Assembly (NCBI GenBank): GCA_026129095.1
Contig: JAHCIT010000004.1
Location: forward strand, 124,001 to 188,000
Origin: Deltaproteobacteria bacterium
GTDB taxonomy: Bacteria; JAGRBM01; JAHCIT01
Length of the DNA: 64,000 bases
Reading direction: 5' to 3'
The notes beneath the pieces were generated by a model. It saw only the letters and a list, made by a program, of their open reading frames with translations. It did no database searches and was not told the DNA's origin. The position numbers and the translations under genes were made by a program. Within the stretch, counting starts at the first letter, position 1, and each line of letters begins with the position of its first letter. Shown one piece after another: positions 8,313 to 18,254 of the stretch.

Positions 8313-9020
8313 ATGACGGCCACAACCAGCCACAAACGCCGACGCTTCTTCCTGCTCCGCCACGGAGACGTGGCCTATTTCAACGGCAAGGGCCAGCCGG
8401 TAAAGGCCGAAACGGTCACGCTCACCGAGGAAGGCCGCCGCCAGGCGGCAGCGGCGGCGGGTGTCCTCCAGGACGTGGAGATCGGGCGGGCCATTTCGAG
8501 CGGCCTGCCCCGGACGGTCGAAACCGCGACGATCGTGCTGGGGCCGCGCCTTTCCAGCGGCCTCCGGCTGGAAACCGTCGAGCCGCTTCAGGAGATCAAG
8601 GGCGGGCGGCTCCGCGACATCCCGTTCAGCGAACTCCAGCAGACCTTTACCCACGCGTTTGCCGGGGGTCTCCAGCGGGAGTCGAGGTTCCTGGGCGGCG
8701 AGACGTTCGGCTCGCTCTGGGACCGGGTATCGGCCGCCTGGGACGGGCTGCTGGAGGAGACCTTCAGCAGGGAACAGCCCAATACCCTCATCGTCGCCCA
8801 CGGGGCGGTGAACCGCGTGATCCTCTCCAGATGCCTCAACACCGGCCTGGAGTCATTCGGTTCCATCGAGCAGGATGCCTGCTGCATCAACGTGATCGAC
8901 GTGGAAAAGTCCGGACGCAGCATCGTGCGGCTTCTCAACTACACGCCTTACAACCACGTGAAGGACGGCCTCACCGACACCACCATGGAACGGCTCTGGA
9001 AGTCGTGGACACGGCAGTGA
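8313..9020 (+). CDS. Histidine phosphatase family protein
   Basis: LLRHG and VAHG motifs. Confidence 0.9.
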   Translation: MTATTSHKRRRFFLLRHGDVAYFNGKGQPVKAETVTLTEEGRRQAAAAAGVLQDVEIGRAISSGLPRTVETATIVLGPRLSSGLRLETVEPLQEIKGGRLRDIPFSELQQTFTHAFAGGLQRESRFLGGETFGSLWDRVSAAWDGLLEETFSREQPNTLIVAHGAVNRVILSRCLNTGLESFGSIEQDACCINVIDVEKSGRSIVRLLNYTPYNHVKDGLTDTTMERLWKSWTRQ

Positions 9021-9121
9021 AATGGCCGCCTCATTTTCGTCAAAAGTGTGATTCAGGTCTCTGTCCACCCGGAGTCAGAACGAATAGGATCGGATAACAC
9101 CGGGTACGGGAGAGAATTCGG

Positions 9122-12073
9122 GTGAAACACTTTCAACACTGTCTGGCCGCCTGTCTGGCCGGGATTTTCCTCACAGGCTGCGGCGAACCTGGAGCCACCG
9201 TTGTCGCGCCGGACGATCCCGTGCTCCTCGTACCGGAAACCGCCGAGGGCCGTATCCCGGTCCTGATCCATGACGAGGGGAAAACAGAACCCACCCGTTC
9301 GGCCCGCAAGGGACTCGACGCGGGTAAGGCCGGAAACGTCCGCCACTTCGATCGCATCGGAGTGACAGCCGCCGATCTGGATCCGGACGAATACGAGCGG
9401 CTGGTGGCCCGGTTCGGACCGGAGCGGGTGCAGCGGCAGCAGTATTACCGCCCCACCCTCGCCCAGAGTCTCGAACTGGCCGGAAACAGCCTGTTCTTCA
9501 GCGGTTCCGGCTCTGACCCGTTCAGCGGACAGGGGACGATCGTGGCGGTGCTCGACACTCCGCTCGGCAACATAGACTCCGGGCGGTTCGGACCGTGCCT
9601 GGGCGGCGCGGGATCGGGAACCTGCCGGATCGCCGAAGTGAGCCACGACTGCGGTGACGGAACCGCCGCCAACGATGTTGTGGAAGGCCACGGCCGCAAC
9701 GTGACCGGCATCGTGCTTGGCGTGGCCAACGACACCCGTATCCTCTTTTATGACATCTTCAGCCCGTCCACCACGTCCGGCCGGAACCTGACCAACGACG
9801 CCGCCATCGCCTGCGCCCTGAACGACATCGCCACACGCAGGGCGGCCGGCAGTCCCATCATCGCCGCCAATCTCTCGCTGGGCGGGGCGGCGGGGAGCTT
9901 CACCGGAGCCTGCAGTACCAGCGCGACCTCCGTCGCCCTGCGCACGCTGGTCAACACCCACCGGGTCATGCCGGTCATCGCCGCCGGCAACGAGGGACTC
10001 TCCAACGGCCTCTCCCACCCCGGCTGCGTGCCGTGGGCGACCTCCGTGGGCGCTGTCTATGACGCAGCGCTGGAGGGCGGCACCAGTTTCTCGCTCTGCT
10101 CCGACGAGATCGCCGAGGCCGACCAGATCACCTGCTTCACCAACATCCACGGAGAACTGGACCTGATGGCTCCGGGCTTCCCCATCACCGCCGCCGGGAT
10201 CAGCATGGGCGGCACCAGCCAGGCGACCCCGCATGTGGCGGGGGCCGCTGCGCGGATGGCGTCACTGCTGGGCGGCGGATGGCTGCCGGGACGGGCCACG
10301 TCGTATCTTCGCATGAACGGCCTGCCGGCATCCATTGAGCGTGAAAGCGTCTGGAACGGCTACTCCATCCCGCGGCTGGAGCTGATGCTCGATTCGGCCA
10401 GCAACCCGCCGGCGGCAGCGGGCTACCGCTCCTACCTGGACGGCGAGGGAACCGCCGGGCTTGCCATCCCCGACAGCGGATCGGTCACGAGCGAAATCGT
10501 GATCCCGGCAAGCGCCTGCACCGGAAACGCCGGTGCCGTGCGCGTGGACATGGACATCCTGCACCCGGCCCGCGGCGAACTGACCCTCAAGCTGCGCCGC
10601 AATTCGGATGCCGACCAGCTGATCGACACCATCATCGGGACCGACGTCCGCTTCGGTGTCCGGCAGATATTCAGCATCGCCGATTTCGGCGGAACCTGCA
10701 GCGGCACCTGGACCCTGACGGTCGAGGATACTGCAGCCGGGAACACCGGTGCGCTCCTCGAATGGTCGCTTTTCATCCATGACACCGGCTCCACCGGCAA
10801 CATCTCCGGCTCGATCACGTCGGCCCCGCAGGCCGTGGCAACGGGCGGCGGCATCACCGTCCAGTTCGACCGGACCGTCAGTGCCAACGCCGTACCGGCC
10901 ACCGTCAACGCGCTCTACCTGCGGCAGAGCGGGCGTCCGCTCGCGCCGCTTGTGCTCATTGACGATGAAACAGACACCGGCACGGCAGTGAACACCTACA
11001 ACCGGTCCCTGAGCGGCAATGCCCCCGCCACACCCGGCGTTTACGACATCATCATCCGGCTGGATGACCGGCAAGAGGCGGCCGAGCCCCAGGGCGAAAG
11101 CGGCACGGGCGAGGAGGACAACGAGCTTGTTGGCTCCACGCCGCTGCTCGTCACGCACACGGACGGCGCCGACTTTATTGCGGCCGCCGGCAGCGTGACG
11201 TCATCCGCCACCCTGACCGACAGTATGACCGTCACCGGAACCTACCGGATCGCCAACATCGGCAACGCCGCGGCGGACCTCGCAGTGCAGTTCTGTTTCG
11301 TAGGGACGGGAATCAGGCAGGGGACCACGGTCTGCCATCCGGTGCCTGACACGGCCAGTGATTTCGCCGCCGCCACGCTGGGCGCAACCGGAAATTTCAG
11401 CTTCACCCTGCCGGGCGGTGTTTCCACCGGTTCCTGGTTCCTGGAAATCCGCCCGTCGGCGGATGGCGGCGACACCGACAGCAATCTCGCCAACAACAAC
11501 TACCGGGTGCCGGTCCTGCTTGGTTTCGCCATGCCGGACCTCGCCGCCGAGATCATCACCCTCGACACCCAGCTCTCCGACCTGAGCCTCCGGCTCGATT
11601 ACCAGTACCGGAACAACGGCAGCCAGACCGCTGCGGCCCACCAGATCAGGGTGGTGGCATCCCTGGATACCGTGTTCGGAAACTCCGACGACCAGGTGCT
11701 GGCGACGGAAAACGTCGCCGCCCTGCCCGGAGCCACCACCCGCGCTTCGGCGATCACCGCCGATCCGCCCACCCTGCCGGCCGGGACCGACAAGGCGCTG
11801 GTGTACATCGCGCTCGTGCTGGATCCCGGAGGCTCCGTCAGCGAGAGCAGCGAATCCAACAACCGCATCCAGACCGCGCTCGTCTTCGCACGGGATACTG
11901 GCGATGGCAGCGGCGGTGGTGGAGGCGGCGGTTGCAGCACCTGCGGAACCGGCGGAGGAGGAGGCGGCGGCTGCGCCGGTGGCGGAAGCTGGCCGGGGGT
12001 TCTCGGCCTGATGGTCCTCGTTTCGTTTCTCGTGCGGCGGCGTCCCTTGCGGACGTCACGCGCCCTCCGTTAG
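9122..12073 (+). CDS. Multidomain S8 serine peptidase with P-domain, CARDB/Ig-like domains, lipobox and C-terminal sorting tail
   Basis: Catalytic motifs VAVLDT, GHGRNVTG, AAGN and GTSQATPHVAG. It also has a P-domain (DILHPARGEL...GTWTLTVED), CARDB-like VSESSESNN, an N-terminal LTGC and a C-terminal Gly-run/Cys/TM/RRR tail. Confidence 0.88.
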   Translation: MKHFQHCLAACLAGIFLTGCGEPGATVVAPDDPVLLVPETAEGRIPVLIHDEGKTEPTRSARKGLDAGKAGNVRHFDRIGVTAADLDPDEYERLVARFGPERVQRQQYYRPTLAQSLELAGNSLFFSGSGSDPFSGQGTIVAVLDTPLGNIDSGRFGPCLGGAGSGTCRIAEVSHDCGDGTAANDVVEGHGRNVTGIVLGVANDTRILFYDIFSPSTTSGRNLTNDAAIACALNDIATRRAAGSPIIAANLSLGGAAGSFTGACSTSATSVALRTLVNTHRVMPVIAAGNEGLSNGLSHPGCVPWATSVGAVYDAALEGGTSFSLCSDEIAEADQITCFTNIHGELDLMAPGFPITAAGISMGGTSQATPHVAGAAARMASLLGGGWLPGRATSYLRMNGLPASIERESVWNGYSIPRLELMLDSASNPPAAAGYRSYLDGEGTAGLAIPDSGSVTSEIVIPASACTGNAGAVRVDMDILHPARGELTLKLRRNSDADQLIDTIIGTDVRFGVRQIFSIADFGGTCSGTWTLTVEDTAAGNTGALLEWSLFIHDTGSTGNISGSITSAPQAVATGGGITVQFDRTVSANAVPATVNALYLRQSGRPLAPLVLIDDETDTGTAVNTYNRSLSGNAPATPGVYDIIIRLDDRQEAAEPQGESGTGEEDNELVGSTPLLVTHTDGADFIAAAGSVTSSATLTDSMTVTGTYRIANIGNAAADLAVQFCFVGTGIRQGTTVCHPVPDTASDFAAATLGATGNFSFTLPGGVSTGSWFLEIRPSADGGDTDSNLANNNYRVPVLLGFAMPDLAAEIITLDTQLSDLSLRLDYQYRNNGSQTAAAHQIRVVASLDTVFGNSDDQVLATENVAALPGATTRASAITADPPTLPAGTDKALVYIALVLDPGGSVSESSESNNRIQTALVFARDTGDGSGGGGGGGCSTCGTGGGGGGGCAGGGSWPGVLGLMVLVSFLVRRRPLRTSRALR

Positions 12074-12085
12074 CCTCGCGCCGTC

Positions 12086-14284
12086 ATGGGCACTCCCCGC
12101 GTCAGTTCCGCCGGCGGCCTCGCCGCCATCCTGTATGTCTTCCGCAAGGCGCTGGAGGCCGGCGGCATCCTGAAGTTCTACCGGCGGCTCCGGAGCCGGA
12201 ACGCCTGCAAGACCTGCGCGCTCGGCATGGGCGGACAGATGGGCGGAATGGTCAACGAGGCGGGCCACTTCCCCGAAGTCTGCAAGAAGTCGGTGCAGGC
12301 CCAGGCGGGGGACATGCAGGGCCCCATCAGCGAAGCATTCTTCCGCGATAATCCGGTCCGGGCGATGGAATCCCTCACTTCCCGCGAGTTCGAATACCTG
12401 GGGCGCCTGGTGTTCCCCGTCATGGCCGGTCCCGGCGACACCCATTTCCGGCGGATCGGCTGGGACGAGGCGCTCGAACGGGCCTCCGCCGCCTTCCGGG
12501 AGGCACCGCCCGCCGAAACCTTCTTCTACGCATCGGGCCGCGCCTCCAACGAGGCGGCATTCCTCCTCCAGCTTGCCGCCCGGGCGTACGGAACGCCCCA
12601 CATCCACAACTGTTCCTACTACTGCCATCAGGCGTCGGGGGTGGCGCTCTCGCAGGTCTATGGATCGGGCACGGCGTCGGTGTCGCTCGATGACCTCGAC
12701 CGGGCGGATCTCGTGGTCGTTGCGGGGGCCAATCCGGCGAGCAACCACCCCAGGCTCATCACCAAGCTGGTTCAGCTCCGCCGCCGGGGCGGAAAAGTCA
12801 TCGTCATCAATCCGCTGAAGGAGCTGGGGCTCACCCGGTTCCGGGTGCCCTCGGACTGGCGGAGCTTCCTGGCCGGATCGCAGGTATCGGACCTCTACCT
12901 CCAGCCCCACATCGGCGGCGATGTGGCCCTGCTGAAGGCGCTGCTCAAGGGTGTGATCGAGGCGGGTGGCACGGATGCGGATTTCATCGCCCGGCATACG
13001 GAGGGATGGGAAGCGGCCGAACAGGACGTCCGGGGCACCCAGTGGAGCATGCTTTACGAAACCTGCGGCGTCCCACGCGAGGAGATCGAGAAGGCCGTGA
13101 GGCTCATCCGGGAAGCCCGTTCAGGCATCTTCTGCTGGGCAATGGGCCTCACCCATCACACTCACGGGGTGGACAACGTGCTGGCGCTCTCGAACCTCGC
13201 GCTTGCCCGCGGGTGGCTGGGAAAACCCGGCTGCGGGCTGCTGCCCATCCGCGGCCACTCGAACGTGCAGGGAGTCGGCACCTGCGGCGTCGCGCCGCAA
13301 CTGAAGGCCGCCTTCGCAGACCGGATGAAAACCCTGTTCGACATCCGCGTACCGAGGGAGCCCGGACAGGACACCTTCGCCAGCATGCAGGCCGCCTTCG
13401 AGGGCCGGGTCCGGGCGGCGTTTCTCATGGGCGGAAACCTTTTTGCGAGCAACCCGGACCGTTCCTGGGCATCGGTCGCCCTCCGGCGCATACCGGTCAC
13501 CGTATCGGTCACCACCAAGCTGAACGAGGGCCATGTGCACGGGCGCGGGCAGACGCAGATCATCCTGCCGGCACTGGCCCGCGACGAGGAGCTCCAGCTC
13601 ACCACGCAGGAATCGATGTTCAACTTCGTCCGCATCTCGGACGGCGGCGAGGCCCCGCCGGACGGCGAGCCGCGCTCGGAGGTGGAGATCATCGCCGCGC
13701 TGGCCGAGCATCTCCTGCCCGCTGGCAAGTTCGACTGGAAGAAGCTCCGCTCGCACCAGTCGCTCCGCGAGGCGATGGCCGCCGTGGTGCCGGGCCTGGA
13801 ACCCCTTGCCGGGGTGGACCGGGACAAGCGGGAATTTCCCATCGGCGGGCGCGTGCTGCACGAACCGGCATTCCCAACGCCTTCAGGGAAAGCCCGGTTC
13901 GCCGTGACGCCCCTGCCGGATCTTCCCGCAGGCGGCGGCCAGTTTCGCCTGATGACGATCCGGTCTGAAGGCCAGTTCAACACGGTCGTCTACGAGGAAG
14001 AAGACCTCTACCGGGGGAACCGCCACCGCAACGTCGTGATGATGTCGGCCGTGGACGCGCAGAAACTCGGCGTGGCCGAGGGCGGCCTCGTCCGGGTGGA
14101 GACGGAAACCGGGGCGATGGAGGTGGAGGTGTCCGTCACGGATATCCGCTCCGGAAACCTCGCCATGTATTACCCGGAGGCAAACACGCTGGTTCCGCCC
14201 AGGCTCGACAGCCGGTCGAAGACTCCGGCCTTCAAGTGCGTGCCGGCAAGGGTGATTCCGGTGGCGGGACGGGCGGCGGCCTGA
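12086..14284 (+). CDS. FdhF/YdeP family molybdopterin oxidoreductase
   Basis: ACKTCALGMGG, SGRASNEAAF, NCSYYCHQAS, RGHSNVQG and TIRSEGQFNT. Confidence 0.92.
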   Translation: MGTPRVSSAGGLAAILYVFRKALEAGGILKFYRRLRSRNACKTCALGMGGQMGGMVNEAGHFPEVCKKSVQAQAGDMQGPISEAFFRDNPVRAMESLTSREFEYLGRLVFPVMAGPGDTHFRRIGWDEALERASAAFREAPPAETFFYASGRASNEAAFLLQLAARAYGTPHIHNCSYYCHQASGVALSQVYGSGTASVSLDDLDRADLVVVAGANPASNHPRLITKLVQLRRRGGKVIVINPLKELGLTRFRVPSDWRSFLAGSQVSDLYLQPHIGGDVALLKALLKGVIEAGGTDADFIARHTEGWEAAEQDVRGTQWSMLYETCGVPREEIEKAVRLIREARSGIFCWAMGLTHHTHGVDNVLALSNLALARGWLGKPGCGLLPIRGHSNVQGVGTCGVAPQLKAAFADRMKTLFDIRVPREPGQDTFASMQAAFEGRVRAAFLMGGNLFASNPDRSWASVALRRIPVTVSVTTKLNEGHVHGRGQTQIILPALARDEELQLTTQESMFNFVRISDGGEAPPDGEPRSEVEIIAALAEHLLPAGKFDWKKLRSHQSLREAMAAVVPGLEPLAGVDRDKREFPIGGRVLHEPAFPTPSGKARFAVTPLPDLPAGGGQFRLMTIRSEGQFNTVVYEEEDLYRGNRHRNVVMMSAVDAQKLGVAEGGLVRVETETGAMEVEVSVTDIRSGNLAMYYPEANTLVPPRLDSRSKTPAFKCVPARVIPVAGRAAA

Positions 14285-14293
14285 GCGGGCTGG

Positions 14294-15349
14294 TCAGCTC
14301 GCCAGGTCCATGTCGAGGCTCACCTCGATCTGCTTCAGGATCGAGACATCATCGAACATCTTGACCTGCGCCTTCTCGTACTTCTGGCGGATACGGTCGG
14401 TTCCGACGAGCCCGGCGCGGACGAGCTGCGGCATCATCAGGTCCTTGAAGGTGTGGACCTGGCCGGGAAGCGCCGTGGGGCGCCAGCCCTCCATGTATTC
14501 CTTCATCATGTTCGTCTGGAAATCCCTCGGATCGATTCCGCTGTCCAGCATCACCTGGTCATAGACCCGGGACTGGCCGCCTCCACCGTAGCGGGCGGTC
14601 CGCATGGCGACCACGGCATCGAAGGCGAAATCCTCGACCGGGGCGAGGTCGTCCGGGTGCATGGTCTCGACCGTTTCCTTCACATAGACATTGCCGTAGG
14701 CGACGTGCCGGGCTTCGTCCTTGATGACATAGCCCAGCATGTCGCGGAACAGCGGCTCGGTCGTCGCCTGGTGCATGTTCACGAAGGAGCCCAGCGCGAG
14801 CCCCTCGACGATCATCTGCATCCCGGCGAGCATCCCCACCCAGTGCGGCTGGGTGAGGGTCTTGTCCAGCACGGACTTCAGGAAGTGCTCGATGGGGTAG
14901 ATCTTGTCGAGCTTCTTGATGTACCGCTCGAACACCTCCACGTGGCGCGCCTCGTCCATCGCCTGCGTGGCGGCATAGAGCTTCGCCTCATAGTCGGGGA
15001 CGGCATGGACGAGGGCGGCGGCCACCATGAGGGCCCCCTGCTCGCCGTGAAGGAACTGCGAGAGCATGTAGGCGGCGTTGTGGGCGCCGAACGCCTCCTG
15101 CTGGGATTTTGAAAGCGTCTTCCAGAACTTCGTCGTCTTGATCGGCATCCGCTCCGGGTCGAGCACGTCGGCCGACGGGTCGATCGTACGGTCCCAGTTG
15201 ATCTCCACGTCGGCATTCCACTGGTCGGCCTTGGCCATCTGGTACAGCCGCCGGAGCTTGTCGATGTCGATCTCGTACTGCCACTGCCAGACGATATCCA
15301 TCGGGCTCTGCAGCTTTTCCATGGTTTCCGGGTGGCTGGCAGCTGTCAT
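14294..15349 (-). CDS. Ferritin-like diiron protein (AurF-like)
   Basis: QFLHGEQGA and two DEARH motifs; SD gaggag upstream. Confidence 0.85.
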   Translation of the reverse strand: MTAASHPETMEKLQSPMDIVWQWQYEIDIDKLRRLYQMAKADQWNADVEINWDRTIDPSADVLDPERMPIKTTKFWKTLSKSQQEAFGAHNAAYMLSQFLHGEQGALMVAAALVHAVPDYEAKLYAATQAMDEARHVEVFERYIKKLDKIYPIEHFLKSVLDKTLTQPHWVGMLAGMQMIVEGLALGSFVNMHQATTEPLFRDMLGYVIKDEARHVAYGNVYVKETVETMHPDDLAPVEDFAFDAVVAMRTARYGGGGQSRVYDQVMLDSGIDPRDFQTNMMKEYMEGWRPTALPGQVHTFKDLMMPQLVRAGLVGTDRIRQKYEKAQVKMFDDVSILKQIEVSLDMDLAS

Positions 15350-15469
15350 GGGAATCACTCCTCCTCGCGTCCGGCATCGGGGCCGGTACACGGGCACTTA
15401 CTGACCGGTTGGTCGGTCCTTCCCATTATCCATAGAGACAAGCCTGTTCGCAAGGGAAAAGTACGGGTT

Positions 15470-16510
15470 TCAGACCACCTGCCGGAGCTGGGCCTTCCCG
15501 CTCCAGAGGAACCGCTCGATGTCGGGGAAAAGCTCCTCGCCCGCATGGCGGCCCCACAACAGATCCCCGTGGGCGTAGTCCTCGCGCTCGCCGTGGGCAC
15601 GGCCCAGGACGCGCCAGCGTTTCTGGCGGGAGCCGATCTTCTCCCAGGTCTCGCGGGCCGCCTTCACATCCACCAGCCGGTCGATGGAACCGGCCACAAC
15701 GAATACCGGGGTTTCGATCCGGTGGAGGAGTTCAAAATACCGGACCCGGCCGTCACGGGTGACGAGCCCGCCCTCCCCGGCGATCCGGGCGAAGTGGGCG
15801 GCCTTGCGCGACGGGATCGCCGCCACGCCGCGCCAGAGGTACCGGGCGAGAACCTCGCGGTCCACGTTGTCCGGGTTCGCGGCGCTGCGGAAATACCGCG
15901 CCGGCAGCCGGTCGATGAACAGGGCACCGAGCTTGGCCAGCAGGTCTATCCGCAGGTCCGGCCCCAGCCGGTAGAAGACCGACCTGAGGTTCGCCACCCA
16001 CGGCGGGACGCCATGCATGACGGCCGACGAACCCAGCGTCACCATCCGGCTGATTCCCTGCCCGTCGTACCGGATCAGGTAGCAGTAGCCGATCATGCCG
16101 CCCATCGAGTGGCCGACGTAGTGGATGCTGTCCGCGCCGGTTTTCGAGCGGACGGCACGGATGACCGCCGGGAGGTCGAACTCGACCAGATGATCGAAGG
16201 TCCACTGGGGGAGCTTCACGCGCCCCAAACGGCCGCCGGCGCGCTTGCGGCCCCGGAGGTCCACCGTCCAGACGTCGTGTCCCCGCGCCGCCAGCCACGG
16301 CGCGAAGCCGATGCCGTCGCCCAGATCCCAGGCAAACCGGGTCGAGGCCCCGCCGTGGACGAGCAGGACCGGCTGCCGGTTCTCCTGCGCTTCCGCGGCC
16401 CCGCCTTTCGGCCGGTACCGGTACAGGGCGATCCGCCAGCCGTCATCGGTCCGGCACGAGTGCATTTCGTCGTGCTGCGGCTCGAAGGATAGCTTCTGGA
16501 AAGGCGTCAC
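15470..16510 (-). CDS. Alpha/beta hydrolase (lipase/PHA-synthase-like fold)
   Basis: PVLLVHG, GHSMGG and DYAHGDL. Confidence 0.85.
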   Translation of the reverse strand: MTPFQKLSFEPQHDEMHSCRTDDGWRIALYRYRPKGGAAEAQENRQPVLLVHGGASTRFAWDLGDGIGFAPWLAARGHDVWTVDLRGRKRAGGRLGRVKLPQWTFDHLVEFDLPAVIRAVRSKTGADSIHYVGHSMGGMIGYCYLIRYDGQGISRMVTLGSSAVMHGVPPWVANLRSVFYRLGPDLRIDLLAKLGALFIDRLPARYFRSAANPDNVDREVLARYLWRGVAAIPSRKAAHFARIAGEGGLVTRDGRVRYFELLHRIETPVFVVAGSIDRLVDVKAARETWEKIGSRQKRWRVLGRAHGEREDYAHGDLLWGRHAGEELFPDIERFLWSGKAQLRQVV

Positions 16511-16521
16511 GTCTTTTTCCC

Positions 16522-17646
16522 CTAGCAGACCCAGTGCTCGCCCAGGGTCCGCTCGCGGGCCGCCACCATCGCGGGGAAGCGGGAGCGTTCGATCAGGATC
16601 CGGATCATCACCTGGATGCTGACGGTGATCGGGACGGCGATCACCATGCCGATGATGCCAAGCACATATCCGCCGAGAAACACGCTCAGGATCACCAGCA
16701 CCGGATGCACATGGGCGGAAGCGCCGACGATCAGCACCTGGAAGAAGAAGTCATCGAGAAACTTCACGATGCTGAACAGGATGATGATCTTGAGGATGAC
16801 GGCCGTTCCGCCGGCTCCCAGCAGCGCCACCATGCAGGCGGTCGAGAACCCCAGGATCGGCCCAAGGTAGGGCACCAGGTTCCCGATGCCCGTGACCAGT
16901 CCGATGATCAGCCAGTAGTCCACGTCGAACACGTAGAGGCCGATGGCAATGAGGCTCCCCACGATGGCTCCGTCAATGAGAAGCCCGCGGATGTAGCCGC
17001 CCAGAGAGGAGTTGATCTCCTCGACGACGGACAGGACCGTCTCCACGTAGCGGTTCGGGAGCAGGTTGTACAGCTTCCGCATCCAGGAGTCCCCGTCGCG
17101 CAGGAAGAAGAAGACGTTGAACGGCACCAGTATCAGCAGGATGATGTGATCGGCGTGGGCCATGAGCCACTTGGGAATCTCGGCCGCCAGTTCGGAACTG
17201 CGGGCCTCCAGCGCCTCGAACGCCGGACCAATCACCTTCTGTGCCCCGATCATCGGATACTTCTCTTCCAGCTCGCTCTCGATGGTGAGGGCCAGAATCT
17301 TCAGGTCCTTGGCGATCTCCGGCAGCCGGGACTGGATGTGCTCGATTTCACCCGCCAGCGCCGGGACGCCGAAATAGACGGCCCCCGCAAAAACAAGCGT
17401 CGTCGCGCCGGTAAGCAGCGTGACCGCCACGGAACGGCGAATCGCGCGGGCCTCGATCACGCGGACCAGCGGGTTCAGCACGTAGGCAAGGATGATCGAG
17501 ATGACGAACGGGACCAGAATCCGCTGGAGAGTGAGGAACAGGTAGACGAAAACCGCCAGGGCAAGGAAGATGAGACCGAACCGTATCCATCGCTCGATGA
17601 GCCGGAGCGTGTCGCCATCAGGGGGTGTGCGGCTGGGTCCGTCCAT
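16522..17646 (-). CDS. AI-2E family transporter
   Basis: Multi-TM protein with AYVLNPLV, VPYLGP, VHPVLVI and GMVIAVP motifs. Confidence 0.9.
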   Translation of the reverse strand: MDGPSRTPPDGDTLRLIERWIRFGLIFLALAVFVYLFLTLQRILVPFVISIILAYVLNPLVRVIEARAIRRSVAVTLLTGATTLVFAGAVYFGVPALAGEIEHIQSRLPEIAKDLKILALTIESELEEKYPMIGAQKVIGPAFEALEARSSELAAEIPKWLMAHADHIILLILVPFNVFFFLRDGDSWMRKLYNLLPNRYVETVLSVVEEINSSLGGYIRGLLIDGAIVGSLIAIGLYVFDVDYWLIIGLVTGIGNLVPYLGPILGFSTACMVALLGAGGTAVILKIIILFSIVKFLDDFFFQVLIVGASAHVHPVLVILSVFLGGYVLGIIGMVIAVPITVSIQVMIRILIERSRFPAMVAARERTLGEHWVC

Positions 17647-17661
17647 GAATCACTTACGGCC

Positions 17662-18189
17662 TTATCCCGCCGGCTTGTCGGTCTTCATGCGGTAAACCTG
17701 CTCGTTCAGCCGCCGGACCTGCCGGGCGAGGTTTTCCGCCACGGCTGTCATGATCGGCAGGCCGATGTCCGTCCGCCGGGAAACCAGCGCATCGAAGTTC
17801 GCCTTGTAGAGGATCAGGACCGTCGTCTGGTCGATGGCGATGGCGCTCGCCGAGCGCGGGAGCGCGTCCAGAAGCGCCAGTTCGCCGAAGTGGGTGCCGG
17901 GGCCGAGGTTCACCAGCGTGGTGCTCTCGCCGCTCTCGTTCTTCTTCGTGATGGCCACGAAGCCGCTCACGATGATGAACAGCGCATTTCCCTGGTCGCC
18001 TTCGGAAAAGATCGTGTCGCCGGGCCCGTAGCCCCGCTCGACACATTCGGTAAGGAGCTTGCCCGCCTGCGTTGCCGTGAGGTCTTTCAGGAGCGAGAGC
18101 GTCTGGAGAAAGGCGATCCGCTCGGCGAGTTTCGGATCGCGCACGGGCCGGAACACCCGTTCGAAAAGGTCGCTGACCGGACTGGACAT
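17662..18189 (-). CDS. Cyclic nucleotide-binding domain protein
   Basis: IFSEGD, FGELALL and PRSASA; no HTH domain. Confidence 0.9.
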   Translation of the reverse strand: MSSPVSDLFERVFRPVRDPKLAERIAFLQTLSLLKDLTATQAGKLLTECVERGYGPGDTIFSEGDQGNALFIIVSGFVAITKKNESGESTTLVNLGPGTHFGELALLDALPRSASAIAIDQTTVLILYKANFDALVSRRTDIGLPIMTAVAENLARQVRRLNEQVYRMKTDKPAG

Positions 18190-18254
18190 GGCGGGAGCTT
18201 ATGCCCCCCTTATTTGCGGTGCAAATCCCCCCGGCTGAAAGGGGTTCGGTACGG

